Shown here: piece by piece, positions 53,546 to 64,000 of the stretch | Layout: the number at the start of each line of letters is the position of its first letter | How positions within the stretch are numbered: the first letter of the stretch is position 1 | NCBI RefSeq assembly: GCF_001194135.2 | Contig: NC_068981.1 | Location: 49,552,026 to 49,616,025, forward strand | Reading direction: 5' to 3' | DNA: 64,000 bases | Source: Octopus bimaculoides | Lineage: Eukaryota | Notes under the pieces: generated by a model | The model's input: only the letters and a program-made list of their open reading frames with translations | Databases searched by the model: none | Told to the model about the DNA's origin: nothing | Translations under genes and position numbers: made by a program

Positions 53546-53987
53546 TATTTCTAAATCACTCAGAGAGAGTTATACAGTCACAGCAGGATAAAGTGATGGC
53601 TTGTTCCCAACTTAATATGACAGTCCCAGGAAAGGAAGACCGTTACTGTTATTTAACCTAAAGAATCACCGTTTCTACTTGGCTACGTTTCTACTTGGCT
53701 ACGTTTCTACTTGGCTACGTTTCTACTTGGCTACGTTTCTACTTGGCTAAGCGTTGTTTCCTTAAGATTTCAAACAGAACAGATATCAGGGGAGATAAGC
53801 ACCTCCACCCAACAAAGCTGGCTTTTTTGAGTGGAGGTACTTATCTCCCCTGTTTGAAAACTTAAGAACAGAGAACGCTTGTGTTGTATAGCCAACAAGA
53901 AACGGTGTTTCTTGGGACTAAATTACAGTAATATTATTCCCTTTCCTGGGACTTCCACATTAAGTTGGCAACAAGCCATCACTTTAT
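53546..53987. mobile_element. Long foldback element, copy 1 (unpaired leader plus 400-bp hairpin)
   Basis: Palindrome 53588-53987 (ATAAAGTGATGGCTTGTT... / ...AACAAGCCATCACTTTAT) with inner stem CAGGGGAGATAAGCACCTCCAC / GTGGAGGTACTTATCTCCCCTG. Leader TTTCTAAATCACTCAGAGAGAGTTATACAGT. (TA)n lies on both sides. Confidence 0.85.
53670..53749. repeat. 16-bp minisatellite (CGTTTCTACTTGGCTA)x5
   Basis: Perfect tandem copies in the left arm of foldback copy 1. Confidence 0.9.
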
Positions 53988-54021
53988 ATATATAAATATA
54001 TATATATATTTAACAATAATA

Positions 54022-54233
54022 CTTTCTACTACAATCAGAAGGCCTGGAGTTTGGGGGAGGGTGATAATCGATTACATCGAATAAACTGCTTCACTGGCAA
54101 TTAATTTATCGACCCCAAAAGGATGAAAGGTAAAGTCGGTCTCGGCGGAATCTGAATTCACAACGTAGTGACGGGCGAAATACTGTCAACCTTTTTGTCC
54201 AGCGCGTTAATGATTCTGACAGCTCACCGCCTT
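54022..54233 (-). mobile_element. SINE family A
   Basis: The reverse complement reads AAGGCGGTGAGCTGTCAGAATCATTAACGCG...TGAATTCAGATTCCGCCGAGACCGACTTTACCTTTCATCCTTTTGGGGTCGATAAATTAA. Confidence 0.85.
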
Positions 54234-54491
54234 TTATATATTTAGTAATAATAACAATGATCCTTCTATGGAATTTATAAACATTTAATGCATCACGACG
54301 TGCGTTTCCAAATAACATCTCTTTTAAGCTCACAGTCCGTATTCCTGAAATGATTACAATGTAGTCCGTAGTAACTCCAGCTCGATGTAACCCAGAAAAC
54401 CGGTTCACTATTGTGCATCATTAGAGCGCAGCTTTATTTGCATTTTTGAAACGTTTCCTGTAACAAATATATACATACACGCGCGCACACG

Positions 54492-54570
<79 letters not shown>

Positions 54571-54573
<3 letters not shown>

Positions 54574-54636
54574 TAGCTATGTGGTAAAAAGCTTATGATT
54601 CCGGGTTCAGTTCCATTGTGTGGTACTTTTTGGCAC
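54571..54636 (+). mobile_element. SINE family C, head fragment embedded in (TA)n
   Basis: GTAGCTATGTGGTAAAAAGCTT..ATTCCGGGTTCAGTTCCATTGTGTGGTAC is homologous to the 20107-20040 head. Confidence 0.6.
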
Positions 54637-55218
54637 ATATATATATATATATATATATAAGAGAAAGTATAAAAGGAATGCATCTAGGCAATCAATACAA
54701 ATTCTGAAGCATAATTTAAAGCACACAACGAAATCAATATACACATACATTTATATTAATGAATGAATGTGAAAACAATGCATAACGTACTTCTGAAACG
54801 GCCGTAGATGATATCCTTTAGTCCCGAGTTTTTTACATTTATCTTATATAGTAATATTTACCAAATTTATTTACCTCTGATAATTCATATAAACATCGAA
54901 TTCTTAATCGATTGGAGCATTTCCTTTTGGGAGACCCTATCTTGGTTATTCTTCCATTTCTCCATTCGGTATGTGACCAAACTACATGATGCATACTTTT
55001 CACATACGAATTTTACATGTAATTTTATTCATTTATTTGTGTAAATTTATATGTATGTTTATTTTGTTGTGTACTTGCTCTGGAATTTGCACTGATTTCC
55101 AAGATGTGCCACTTCTATAATTTCTCTTATCCTCCGATTTAGCTCGCAATGAGCACTTCTTACTACAGAATATATATTGTGAATTATATTTACAAACATA
55201 CTATTTAAGAAAATTTAG

Positions 55219-55255
<37 letters not shown>

Positions 55256-55308
55256 GGGGGGGGTGCGTATGTGTGTGTGTGTATGTGTGTGTGTATGTAT
55301 TTGTGTGT

Positions 55309-55490
55309 CCCCATCGCTTTAAATCGATGTTGTGTTTACGTCACCGTAACCTAGTGGATGGGCAAAAGTGACCGATGGAATAAGTACTATACTTACAAAG
55401 AATAAATCCTGAGGTCAGTTGGTTCGACTAAAGTCGATGCTCCAGCATGACCGAAGTCAAATGACTGAAACAAACAAAAATAATAAAAGA
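55309..55490 (+). mobile_element. Probable 3' half of SINE family C, following a TA/TG microsatellite
   Basis: CATCGC..GTGTTTACGTCACCGTAAC..GGCAAAAGTGACCGATGGAATAAGTAC..GCTCCAGCATGACCGAAGTCAAATGACTGAAAC. I recall this as an abundant octopus SINE tail; the link to family C is from memory. Confidence 0.6.
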
Positions 55491-56343
55491 TTGTGTGTGT
55501 ATATGTAAGTTCGTGTGTGCGCGCGCGTGTGGTGGGGGTGTCGGTGTGAAATAAAGTAAGGCTGAAACTTTCGATGCCTGAGAATTGGAATATATTGTTC
55601 TTTTTGAATTCCAGCCTAAATATTTGTACATTTAAAAAAATATATATGTTTTGCCCCGTATTACTGTCATAAGTTGGGATAATTCTAGAAATATTTCATA
55701 GTATTTTAAAATTTGCGCGCCACTGCATTTAAAATTTTGAAATCAGAGAAAATTCATTGAAATTTTCTAATTCTACCTAGGATGGTAATTTTGGTACATG
55801 CATATCATGGACAACAAATGTGGATGAGGCCCAAATGTGCTTCATATCTTAAGGATCAACTGAAATTTAAGTACAAACAGAAACACAGACACACTTGCAG
55901 AAGCTCACGCGCGCGCACGTATACACACATACACACACACACACAAATACATCCAACCAGTGAGTCCATTGGTCGCGATTCTCATTCAAGATCTATGTGT
56001 CACATGACAATGGGAACAAGTAGTATATTGAATTACCAACTGAATTGCATTCAAATATTTATAAGGATGACTTCGCTGTACTTTGCCGTATTGAGCGCTT
56101 TTGCTTAATTGCATCTCACACTTGTATAAAATACTAGCCAATATGCATCCATTACGCATATATGTAAAGAGTAAAAGATCGAAAGAAGGAGGAAGTGAAG
56201 AGGCAGATGCTGATGTAGATGTGGAGAAGATTGAGCGATATAAACATGGATTGCTATCTTCAGAGATTATATATTGATTATATATATATAGCCACATTTT
56301 TGTCATTAACTTTTCTACAAACATTAATTAATGGCTTCTAATT

Positions 56344-56432
56344 TAGGTAAAAGGCCAACAATTCTGAGAGGCGGGGTTAGTCGATATCATCAAACGCAGT
56401 ACTTGACTTGCAGTTTGTTTTGTGAACCCCAA
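56344..56432 (-). mobile_element. SINE family A, 3' fragment
   Basis: The plus strand AAGGCC...GGGGTTAGTCGATATCATC...CAGTACTTGACT...GAACCCCAAA parallels 54040-54120. Confidence 0.5.
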
Positions 56433-58425
56433 ATATTGTCAGAGAAATCTGAACTTGCCGTTGACTTGATCCTGGAAGCTAAGGAGACGGGAAACTATAT
56501 CGTATAATTTTTCTCGACGTTCTCACGATCTCCTCACCCTTCACCGTTATAAACACTAATTAATAAGAAACATAATGAATAGATTCTCAATTAAAACTTT
56601 ATGTATCATGCACATCAATAAGTATTTATCTTTCCTACTATCCACCATCATATATGAATAAGAAATGGAACACATATTTTGCAAAATTTAATCAGTGATA
56701 TACACAATGTAAGATCATTATTATTAGAGCTACAAGGGTTGTGCATTTAACAGTAATCGGGAAAGTGTCCGACAAATGTTTTGGGACATTTTGTTATACG
56801 GCTCTACATCTCTGACATCAAATGCTCCGGTATCGAAAACATAAATTACCTTTCAAGTACTGGTGTCAATTTTATTGGCCAATTCCTCAACGCAAAATTG
56901 ATGACTTAGTGCCCGAATTATAACTTGTTATTTTAACCATTACAGACCGGTAGATTTTTTAACGCATTGAATTCCATCCCTGTTTTTGTCAGTTTGGCTT
57001 TCCAACATGCCGAATGAATTCACCCGACAAACGTCAGCCAAAAATAAGTGTTTTGCGCCTCATTTTGTTGGATATTAAATATTTTTCTCCTAAAATGTGA
57101 TTCAGGAAGATAGTCATTTCTTTTTTTTTTTTTAAATATATATATAACTATCGGCATTTAGTGAATAACTGAATTGCTACCAGCGTTTGTTGAGCCTCGG
57201 TGACAGTCAATTATTCATTTCTTAAAAGATCTTCGCAAAAGACATATATATATATATATANNNNNNNNNNNNNNNNNNNNNNNNNNNNNNNNNNNNNNNN
57301 NNNNNNNNNNNNNNNNNNNNNNNNNNNNNNNNNNNNNNNNNNNNNNNNNNNNNNNNNNNNNNNNNNNNNNNNNNNNNNNNNNNNNNNNNNNNNNNNNNNN
57401 NNNNNNNNNNNNNNNNNNNNTATATATATATATATATTAAGATGATTTCTTTTTGTATTCGAATGTCTGTAACAGTGTGTAACTGTGTTATATAATCAAC
57501 AAAAAAATATCGCTTTGGGGTAGCGAGGCTTTAAAAATCAGTGGATTTAATTGTTTTAATGAATGTATTAGCGGGAGATAAGCAGCCGTATTTTACTTGC
57601 TGTCAAAATCATTGCGCTGCGCATAGGATGCAGAAACATTAGGTCGTACAATTTTCACTGAACACCGAAGCCTCGAATCTTTTACAGGTTACTCAGTTGT
57701 CAACGTTCCTCAAACTAGTCCACACCAACTTAAAGTGCCAATGGCATATTCACAGTTGAAGCAACTTTTATAATAAGTCTGCCCGTCCACATTTCACAGC
57801 TAAACCACGTCACAAAATAATTTGCACAAGTGTCATTAGCTGTAACACTGAAACCGGTGATCATGGAAGTATCATCCATGATACATGCAATGACAGACCG
57901 TTACTTAGTTCAAATAATTTATAGCAATTCCGGAGTGTTGACACAGCTATATTAGCATGTAGAAATATTTTCTAGGGTGGGCTAACAAGTCAAGCAACAA
58001 GCGTTATCTAATCCATATCACGTCATTTAATATTCATTTACAGCCATATATGCATTTGGAAATAATACACTACTGAGCCAGTCGAAGGTCGGCGATTGTC
58101 GTACGCTGAGGACAGGTAAATACCAAGAAACTAGAGTCCGTGCGTATCGCAGATCAAGAGGGGAAGGATGACTTCCCTTTGCAAATGCAGACAGGACGCA
58201 TTACAGATTTAGATCTACCCTAATTGCACCAAATCCAGAACTACGTACCTTCCTTACACATAATCTTTTTACTCGGTGACTAGTAGCCCCAACACCGTTC
58301 GGTTAACAGTGCGCATTCAAAGCAGTGATCAATAATTTTACGAAACCGGCATACTTTTGAATCGCTTTAACAATTCACAATAATGACTTTTATTACTTCC
58401 TGCCTCAGTTCATATATATATATAT

Positions 58426-58917
58426 AATACATTTCTAAATCTCTCTGAGAGATTTATACAGTAGTAACACGATAAAGTGGTGGTATGTTGCCAAATTAAT
58501 GTGAGAGTCCCATGAGAGGGAATAATACTACTGGTATTTAGCCCTAGGAAGCACTGCTTCCTGTCAGACTTGACACATTTCCTGTGTCCTTATGTTTGCA
58601 AAGGGGGAGATTAGCACCTCCGCCTAGCAAAGTCACCATCCAAAGACTAGTTTCACTTGAATTGTTATATGTTTCCAGAGGCAGATAGGCATTGACAGCT
58701 AGAAAACCATGCTACTCCAAACTGATGATGAGCAATGACTCAGAAACTAGTCTCTGGATGGTGGCTTTGCTGGGTAGAGGTGCTTATCTCCCCCTTTGTA
58801 AACATAAGGACACAGGACATGTGTCCAGGCCGATAGGAAGTAGTGCTTCCTGGAGCTAAATAGCACTAGTATTATTCCCTTTCATGGGACTATCACATTA
58901 AGTTGACAACATACCAC
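58426..58917. mobile_element. Long foldback element, copy 2 (leader, 175-bp arms, 88-bp loop)
   Basis: Arms 58480-58654 and 58743-58917 align without gaps, with 21 mismatches counted by hand. Leader TTTCTAAATCTCTCTGAGAGATTTATACAGT is as in copy 1. (TA)n lies to the left and (CA)n to the right. Confidence 0.85.
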
Positions 58918-59355
58918 ACACACACACACACACACACACATACATACACATATATATATATATACAATTAACAGCGCCAGAAACTGTATTTATACCAATA
59001 GCTAATATGTATCTCCCAATCAAAGTGAATGTCGTGTTATAACACAGAACACTTCGTTATTTACCATCAGGGGAAAGTTAAATATGTAGGTGGGTTACAT
59101 ACGCGCACGTGCACACGCCCCCGAAATGTAGACACATGATGGACAAGCGCTAATATATAACATTAATACCATTACAGATTTTGCATAAAAGCAAACAAAT
59201 AATATAGCAAAAATAAATATAGATATTCAGCCTATTTTACAACTGTTACAAAAATTAAGCCGCCAGTTGATATAATAATGTGCATTACACAAACAATCGC
59301 ATATCTGATGAAATCATGCACAATAAAGATAGAGTTTTTATCAACACATAAACAG

Positions 59356-59550
59356 GATAGCATTCATGAAGCACTGAATTATCCCGGCAGAAGAATGGGT
59401 GGCGAAATTCAATTCTGTAGTACTAAAACCTATATTTAAGGACATATAAATATGATAGCACCCATAAAGCGTTCAATAATTCCGGCAGAATTATGGGTGA
59501 CAAAGTGCAATTCTGAAGTAGTAAACTTATATTTAAAGACATAGAAATAC
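59356..59550. repeat. Diverged 98-bp tandem duplication
   Basis: GATAGCA at 59356 and 59454, CCGGCAGAA at 59384 and 59482, and TATATTTAA.GACATA.AAATA in both units. Confidence 0.8.
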
Positions 59551-60775
59551 CAATAGAAAGACAGTGGAAGAGAGATATTAGAAGTAGCGAGGTGAAAAGA
59601 CAGACAGTGAGAACTGTTGTGAGATCAAGAATAGGAAAATGTAGGTAAATGTTTGGACTTGGTAGTAGGTGAAATGTATAGAATTGCAGAAAAATAAAAG
59701 AAGTAAAATAAATAAACGATAAATGATAAAATCATTTACTAGGATACAATAGATTAGTTATATGTCAGAATTTTAGTGAAGGGAAGAGATGGAATTCATA
59801 ACCGAAAGAAAGAATAAAAATATAAAAACGAGCTAGACAACCTCTGGTATGCAAATGGCAAAATCACCTTTAGGATGCCTTTAATTTGTACAAGCATTCA
59901 AGCGTGTATACAAGAACATATGTAGGAGAAATAAAGACGTATAAAAAGTTAAGAAGTAAAAGCATATTGAATATATGTAAAAATAAGAAAAGCTCGTATA
60001 TTAACATTTTTCTACAAATCAAATTGTGTCCACCATAAAAAAAATATATATATAAATGGCTTTAATACTACACTACCGCTGAATCTTCTACATGTAAAAC
60101 GCGCATTACAACAGCTTCTGAAGCATGAACTCTAAGGTTCATGTCCGAGAAACTCATTCCATCCTTCAATTAGCTTATTTTAACACCTTAGACGGTTATT
60201 AAACTGATACAAAATACAATGTGAAAATTTCTTCTCCTAGTTCTTGCTGGAAAACTTTCATGGAAGAAAATTAATTGCATGTCTCAAAATCGCTCTTCAT
60301 TTTCTGTAGCGTAATTAATTCATTAAAAGTTCAGCTGAGTGAATTTTGTATACATTTATTTACTATAAATCTTCAATGGAATGCATGTGTACATTTCCAT
60401 CTGCTAACTATAATAGGACTCTTTCTATGTCTAAGTAAGTATTGCCTTGATAATAAAATTCCATCATGTTAGAGCCTACTTTAAAATTTATGCCAACCAT
60501 TTCTATTGTAATTTAAACGTATCAGGAACATTTCACGTGAAGAATACTAAAACATATTTTCCTAATAGTTATGTTTCCAACAATACTATGTATACAATGT
60601 CTATCGAATTTATTTTATGTCCCAAATACAATACTGTAGTTCTTACATTTATTTACTCGTAACATATTTTTGTGCGTGTAAGAATATATATAAATACACA
60701 CACGAATATATATATTTAGAAGAAAGTGTGTATGAAAACATATTGACATGGAAAATGCTATTTGCATTGCATATG

Positions 60776-60861
<86 letters not shown>

Positions 60862-61544
60862 TTTACATGTGTACATATATGTGTATCTGACTATAGAAAT
60901 TGCACCTTAACCTTTTATTATATATGAATTTTACGTTTCTTAATCTACAGTATTACCTGAAGAGGAAATGCAATAGTTTTCTTATTCACTATGTTCTTCT
61001 TTCCATTTTATAACTATTTTAATGTAATTTCAGGATATGTAGCTCACAAATGAAGAAAAAAGACGTTATATTAATATTATAGTAATAGGGTGAAAACTTC
61101 ACATGTGAAATGTCATATTCTGTTTTAGAACTTATTCGACTGTAAATGCCAATGCATGATAGTGATTAAAGATTTTTTTTGTTAATGATTACAGTGCATC
61201 TCCATACGTTCTAATTGAATTTTGAATATAACATTTCATATTTTAAGTCGTAAATAGTGGTTTTATTTTAAACACATTCTAAAAGGGGTTGGCATCTTCA
61301 CTGCGTGCTATATGTACGTAAATTGTAAAAGATAGAAGTTTTAAAATGTCAGATTTGTAAGTATATTATGTTGCAATGTATTGTTAATTTTCTTCACTGC
61401 TGTTCATTAACTACTCTAAAAATCATCTTTATATTGATGTATATTTTCGCAATCAAATAACAAGTATCTTGATTAAAGAAATAATTTACGAATTTAAAAT
61501 TACGTTTTCGAATTAACACTTTTCTATTTTTTTTTCTTTTTTAG

Positions 61545-62310
61545 ATATCGACTCGGACGCAGTATAGAATGGCCCCTTGCTCACCCAGGAGAGTTGAAGA
61601 CATATATATGTAGTGAAAACCACTTTGATTACAGCCCGGATGTTCAAGCCGTCCAGAGAAAACCAATGACCGTGTTAGTAAATCTCAAAAAAACACACTT
61701 CGTTAACTGTAACTTACATCCCGTGATTAGTAGGTATACCTTGTTGAGAGATGATAATTTTTGTGAATATTGTCTTATGCATGATCCCAGTCTATCATCA
61801 GATCGGATTGTGTTATATAGCTTGAACTGCTCTACGAAACCGAGGCATATTAATCTGGCATGTTTGGCTTCATTCGATATCAACGCTCAAACCAAAGCAG
61901 TAGTTCTTAAAGCAGTCCATCGCAAACATAATTTCGTTTGCTGGGTTTTCACATCACGAAACAAAATTCTTGTGCTACCACCATCTGACTGTACCAATAC
62001 TACAGCTCATGAACAACCAATTATTGGAGGCAGAGAGGACGAAGCCTCGGAGTTTTCCATTATGAAAGATGTATCTCGAACATGTGAAGAATTATGTCTA
62101 ACTTCAACGCCATCCTACCTCACGGCTAACACTACGTTATTACCGTCAAGCAGCTATTGGGATAATAGTTCAGGTGTATACCGTCCGCAAGCAGAAACGT
62201 CAGCAAATTCCAAAGGAACATTACCAGAATGCAATCGCAAGAACACTTATGTAATCACAGTTATGTCTGTATTATTTTTTCTGATACCTCTTGTTTGTGT
62301 CCCCGCCTAA
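61545..62310 (+). CDS. Coding exon 2 (terminal) of the same gene
   Basis: Acceptor TTTCTATTTTTTTTTCTTTTTTAG|A at 61544|61545. Exon-1 AG plus A makes an Arg codon and continues in frame: SVIR-YRLGRSIEWPLAHPGELKTYICSENHF, joining the 238-aa track ORF (61594 is 48 nt downstream of codon 61546). It ends with hydrophobic VITVMSVLFFLIPLVCVPA and TAA at 62308-62310. Confidence 0.88.
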
Positions 62311-62559
62311 TGAATGGTCGATTGTAAGTATTGAGCGTGTGTTAGCAAACTATTTTGAATCACTCAGTTTTGCATCCAATTATCATAACAAGAAAAAAAA
62401 TATCCATTACTGTATTTTGTATCAATGGAACTACTTTCAGAAATTCTGAGCTGGCTGACGATATGAAAGGACTGATCTATTCCCAGAACAATACAACCAA
62501 TATATATAAAAAAGAATATACTACTTCGATTTATATGACATGGAGTCCGTTTGAATTTA

Positions 62560-62565
62560 AATAAA
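62560..62565 (+). terminator. Candidate polyadenylation signal
   Basis: AATAAA about 250 nt after the stop codon. The region is AT-rich, so a chance occurrence is likely. Confidence 0.25.
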
Positions 62566-62767
62566 TTTTAAATTGGAAGTTAAAAAATTTTAAAGAACTA
62601 AAAAAAACTGACATCGATCTATATATGACACTGATTTTCAGATATACAAATATTGATGGCGAAATACTGCGAAAAGAGAAATTGTATATATATATATATA
62701 TATATACACAAACATACATACACATATACATATATATACATATATATATTTACATACACACACATAC

Positions 62768-62810
<43 letters not shown>

Positions 62811-64000
62811 TATACGTTTGTACGATTGTATGTATGTTTTCACATATATACACACCAGACTTTATGAATATTCCAAGAAGAGGAAAATAACAAGTCCAAA
62901 ATTTCAAACAATCAACAATGAGAAAACATTGATAGATAAAGTAAATGCAAAACATGGCAAAGATTTTATCTAATTCGAGACGTAGTATTTCAGTTGTGTA
63001 TGACATATGAAAAGACAACAGAAATTGAATTATGCGTGTAGTGTTGCGGACACTAATGAAAGGAATCAAAATATAGACATGAATCATTGTTCAATTGAAT
63101 ACATTTACATTGCAAAAAATTACCTGACTGTATCAAACATTCAATCACTCACTATATTTCTGTCGCTAACTGTCTGTCTATTCCGTTTATATCTCTCTAC
63201 CTAAATTGTGTTTCTTTATCTCTATCGAACGCTCCTTTTCACACTCTATCATGTCAATCTGTCTATCTTTCAATTTATCTTTCTATAATTTTTCATTCTC
63301 TTTCGTCTTTAATTTCCCGATCGATATCGTTTCGATCACTTTGTTTCAACTATTATTTTTTTAGTTTATATTTCTCCATTTCTCATTCATTAAACTATCT
63401 ATTGGTTTGGTAACTAAAATATTATGGCAACTAGGAACTTATAGCTTTGGTGATTTAAAGCAAATTTCATAAAAATAACATTCAAATACTGAAATTTAAA
63501 ATTTGAAAGAAATATAAAGCCTTGAACAAGTTTAAAATGTACAAACATTTTTTTGTTATTTTTTGTGGCTGGGTTTCAAATTTTCATCTGACGTTCGCAA
63601 TCCCATTTTGTATCATTGTATTCTATTATTATTGCCCAATGAGTCTAAGTGTAAACACAAATATATATGCATATATAAGTATATGTGTGAGAACGGTGTG
63701 CGTGTGTCTTATAAGTGTGAGGGTGCATGCAAGTGAACGTCTGTTTGTGTATGTATAGATAGATATATATTCCTATATATGTTCATTTATAAAAATGCAC
63801 ATATATTTATATATATATTTATATATAAAAGTGTTTTCGGCCACACACACATATACGTGCACAGATAAATGTATATTCTGTATGTATATACATACATATA
63901 TACGCGCATATTTACTTATACATATATATATATATACATATGTATATATATATGTATATATATATATATATATATGTATATGTATATATATATATGTATA

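Larger units (their letters stand above)
32518..61544 (+). other. 29,027-bp GT-AG phase-2 intron
   Basis: GTAAAT donor and long polypyrimidine tract plus TAG acceptor. The junction restores both the reading frame and the repeat motif (SVIRYRLG, matching IVQLKQS in the first repeat). Confidence 0.82.

Noticed and set aside
57605-57640. HCAAHR hAT-transposase-like motif
   Set aside because: A stop follows immediately and there is no other hAT motif nearby, so it is probably chance.
61594-62310. Stand-alone 238-aa gene
   Set aside because: It has no real ATG or signal peptide, and the upstream acceptor joins it in frame to exon 1.

Overview
AT-rich, microsatellite-saturated eukaryotic genomic DNA with 16 assembly gaps. 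The SINE/LINE content suggests a coleoid cephalopod, most likely an octopus; this is inferred from recalled repeat families, not from a search. One protein-coding gene is well supported on the + strand: coding exon 31295-32517 is spliced in frame across a 29,027-bp phase-2 intron to coding exon 61545-62310, giving about 662 aa. The predicted protein has a signal peptide, a tandemly repeated Cys-rich A-B module pair, a 6-Cys ShKT-like domain between the two repeats, a Ser/Thr-rich stalk and a C-terminal hydrophobic tail (GPI signal or TM). An upstream, probably non-coding, exon is implied by an acceptor at 31264 but cannot be located. The rest of the window is intronic or intergenic. It holds three tRNA-derived SINE families, R4/Dong-like LINE copies of different ages beside (TAA)n arrays, CR1-group, RTE and L1/Tx1-like remnants, and several palindromic non-autonomous elements. 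Among these is a two-copy long foldback family with an unpaired leader and arms that appear homogenised within each copy. Almost all other ORFs in the track are microsatellite or N-gap artefacts.
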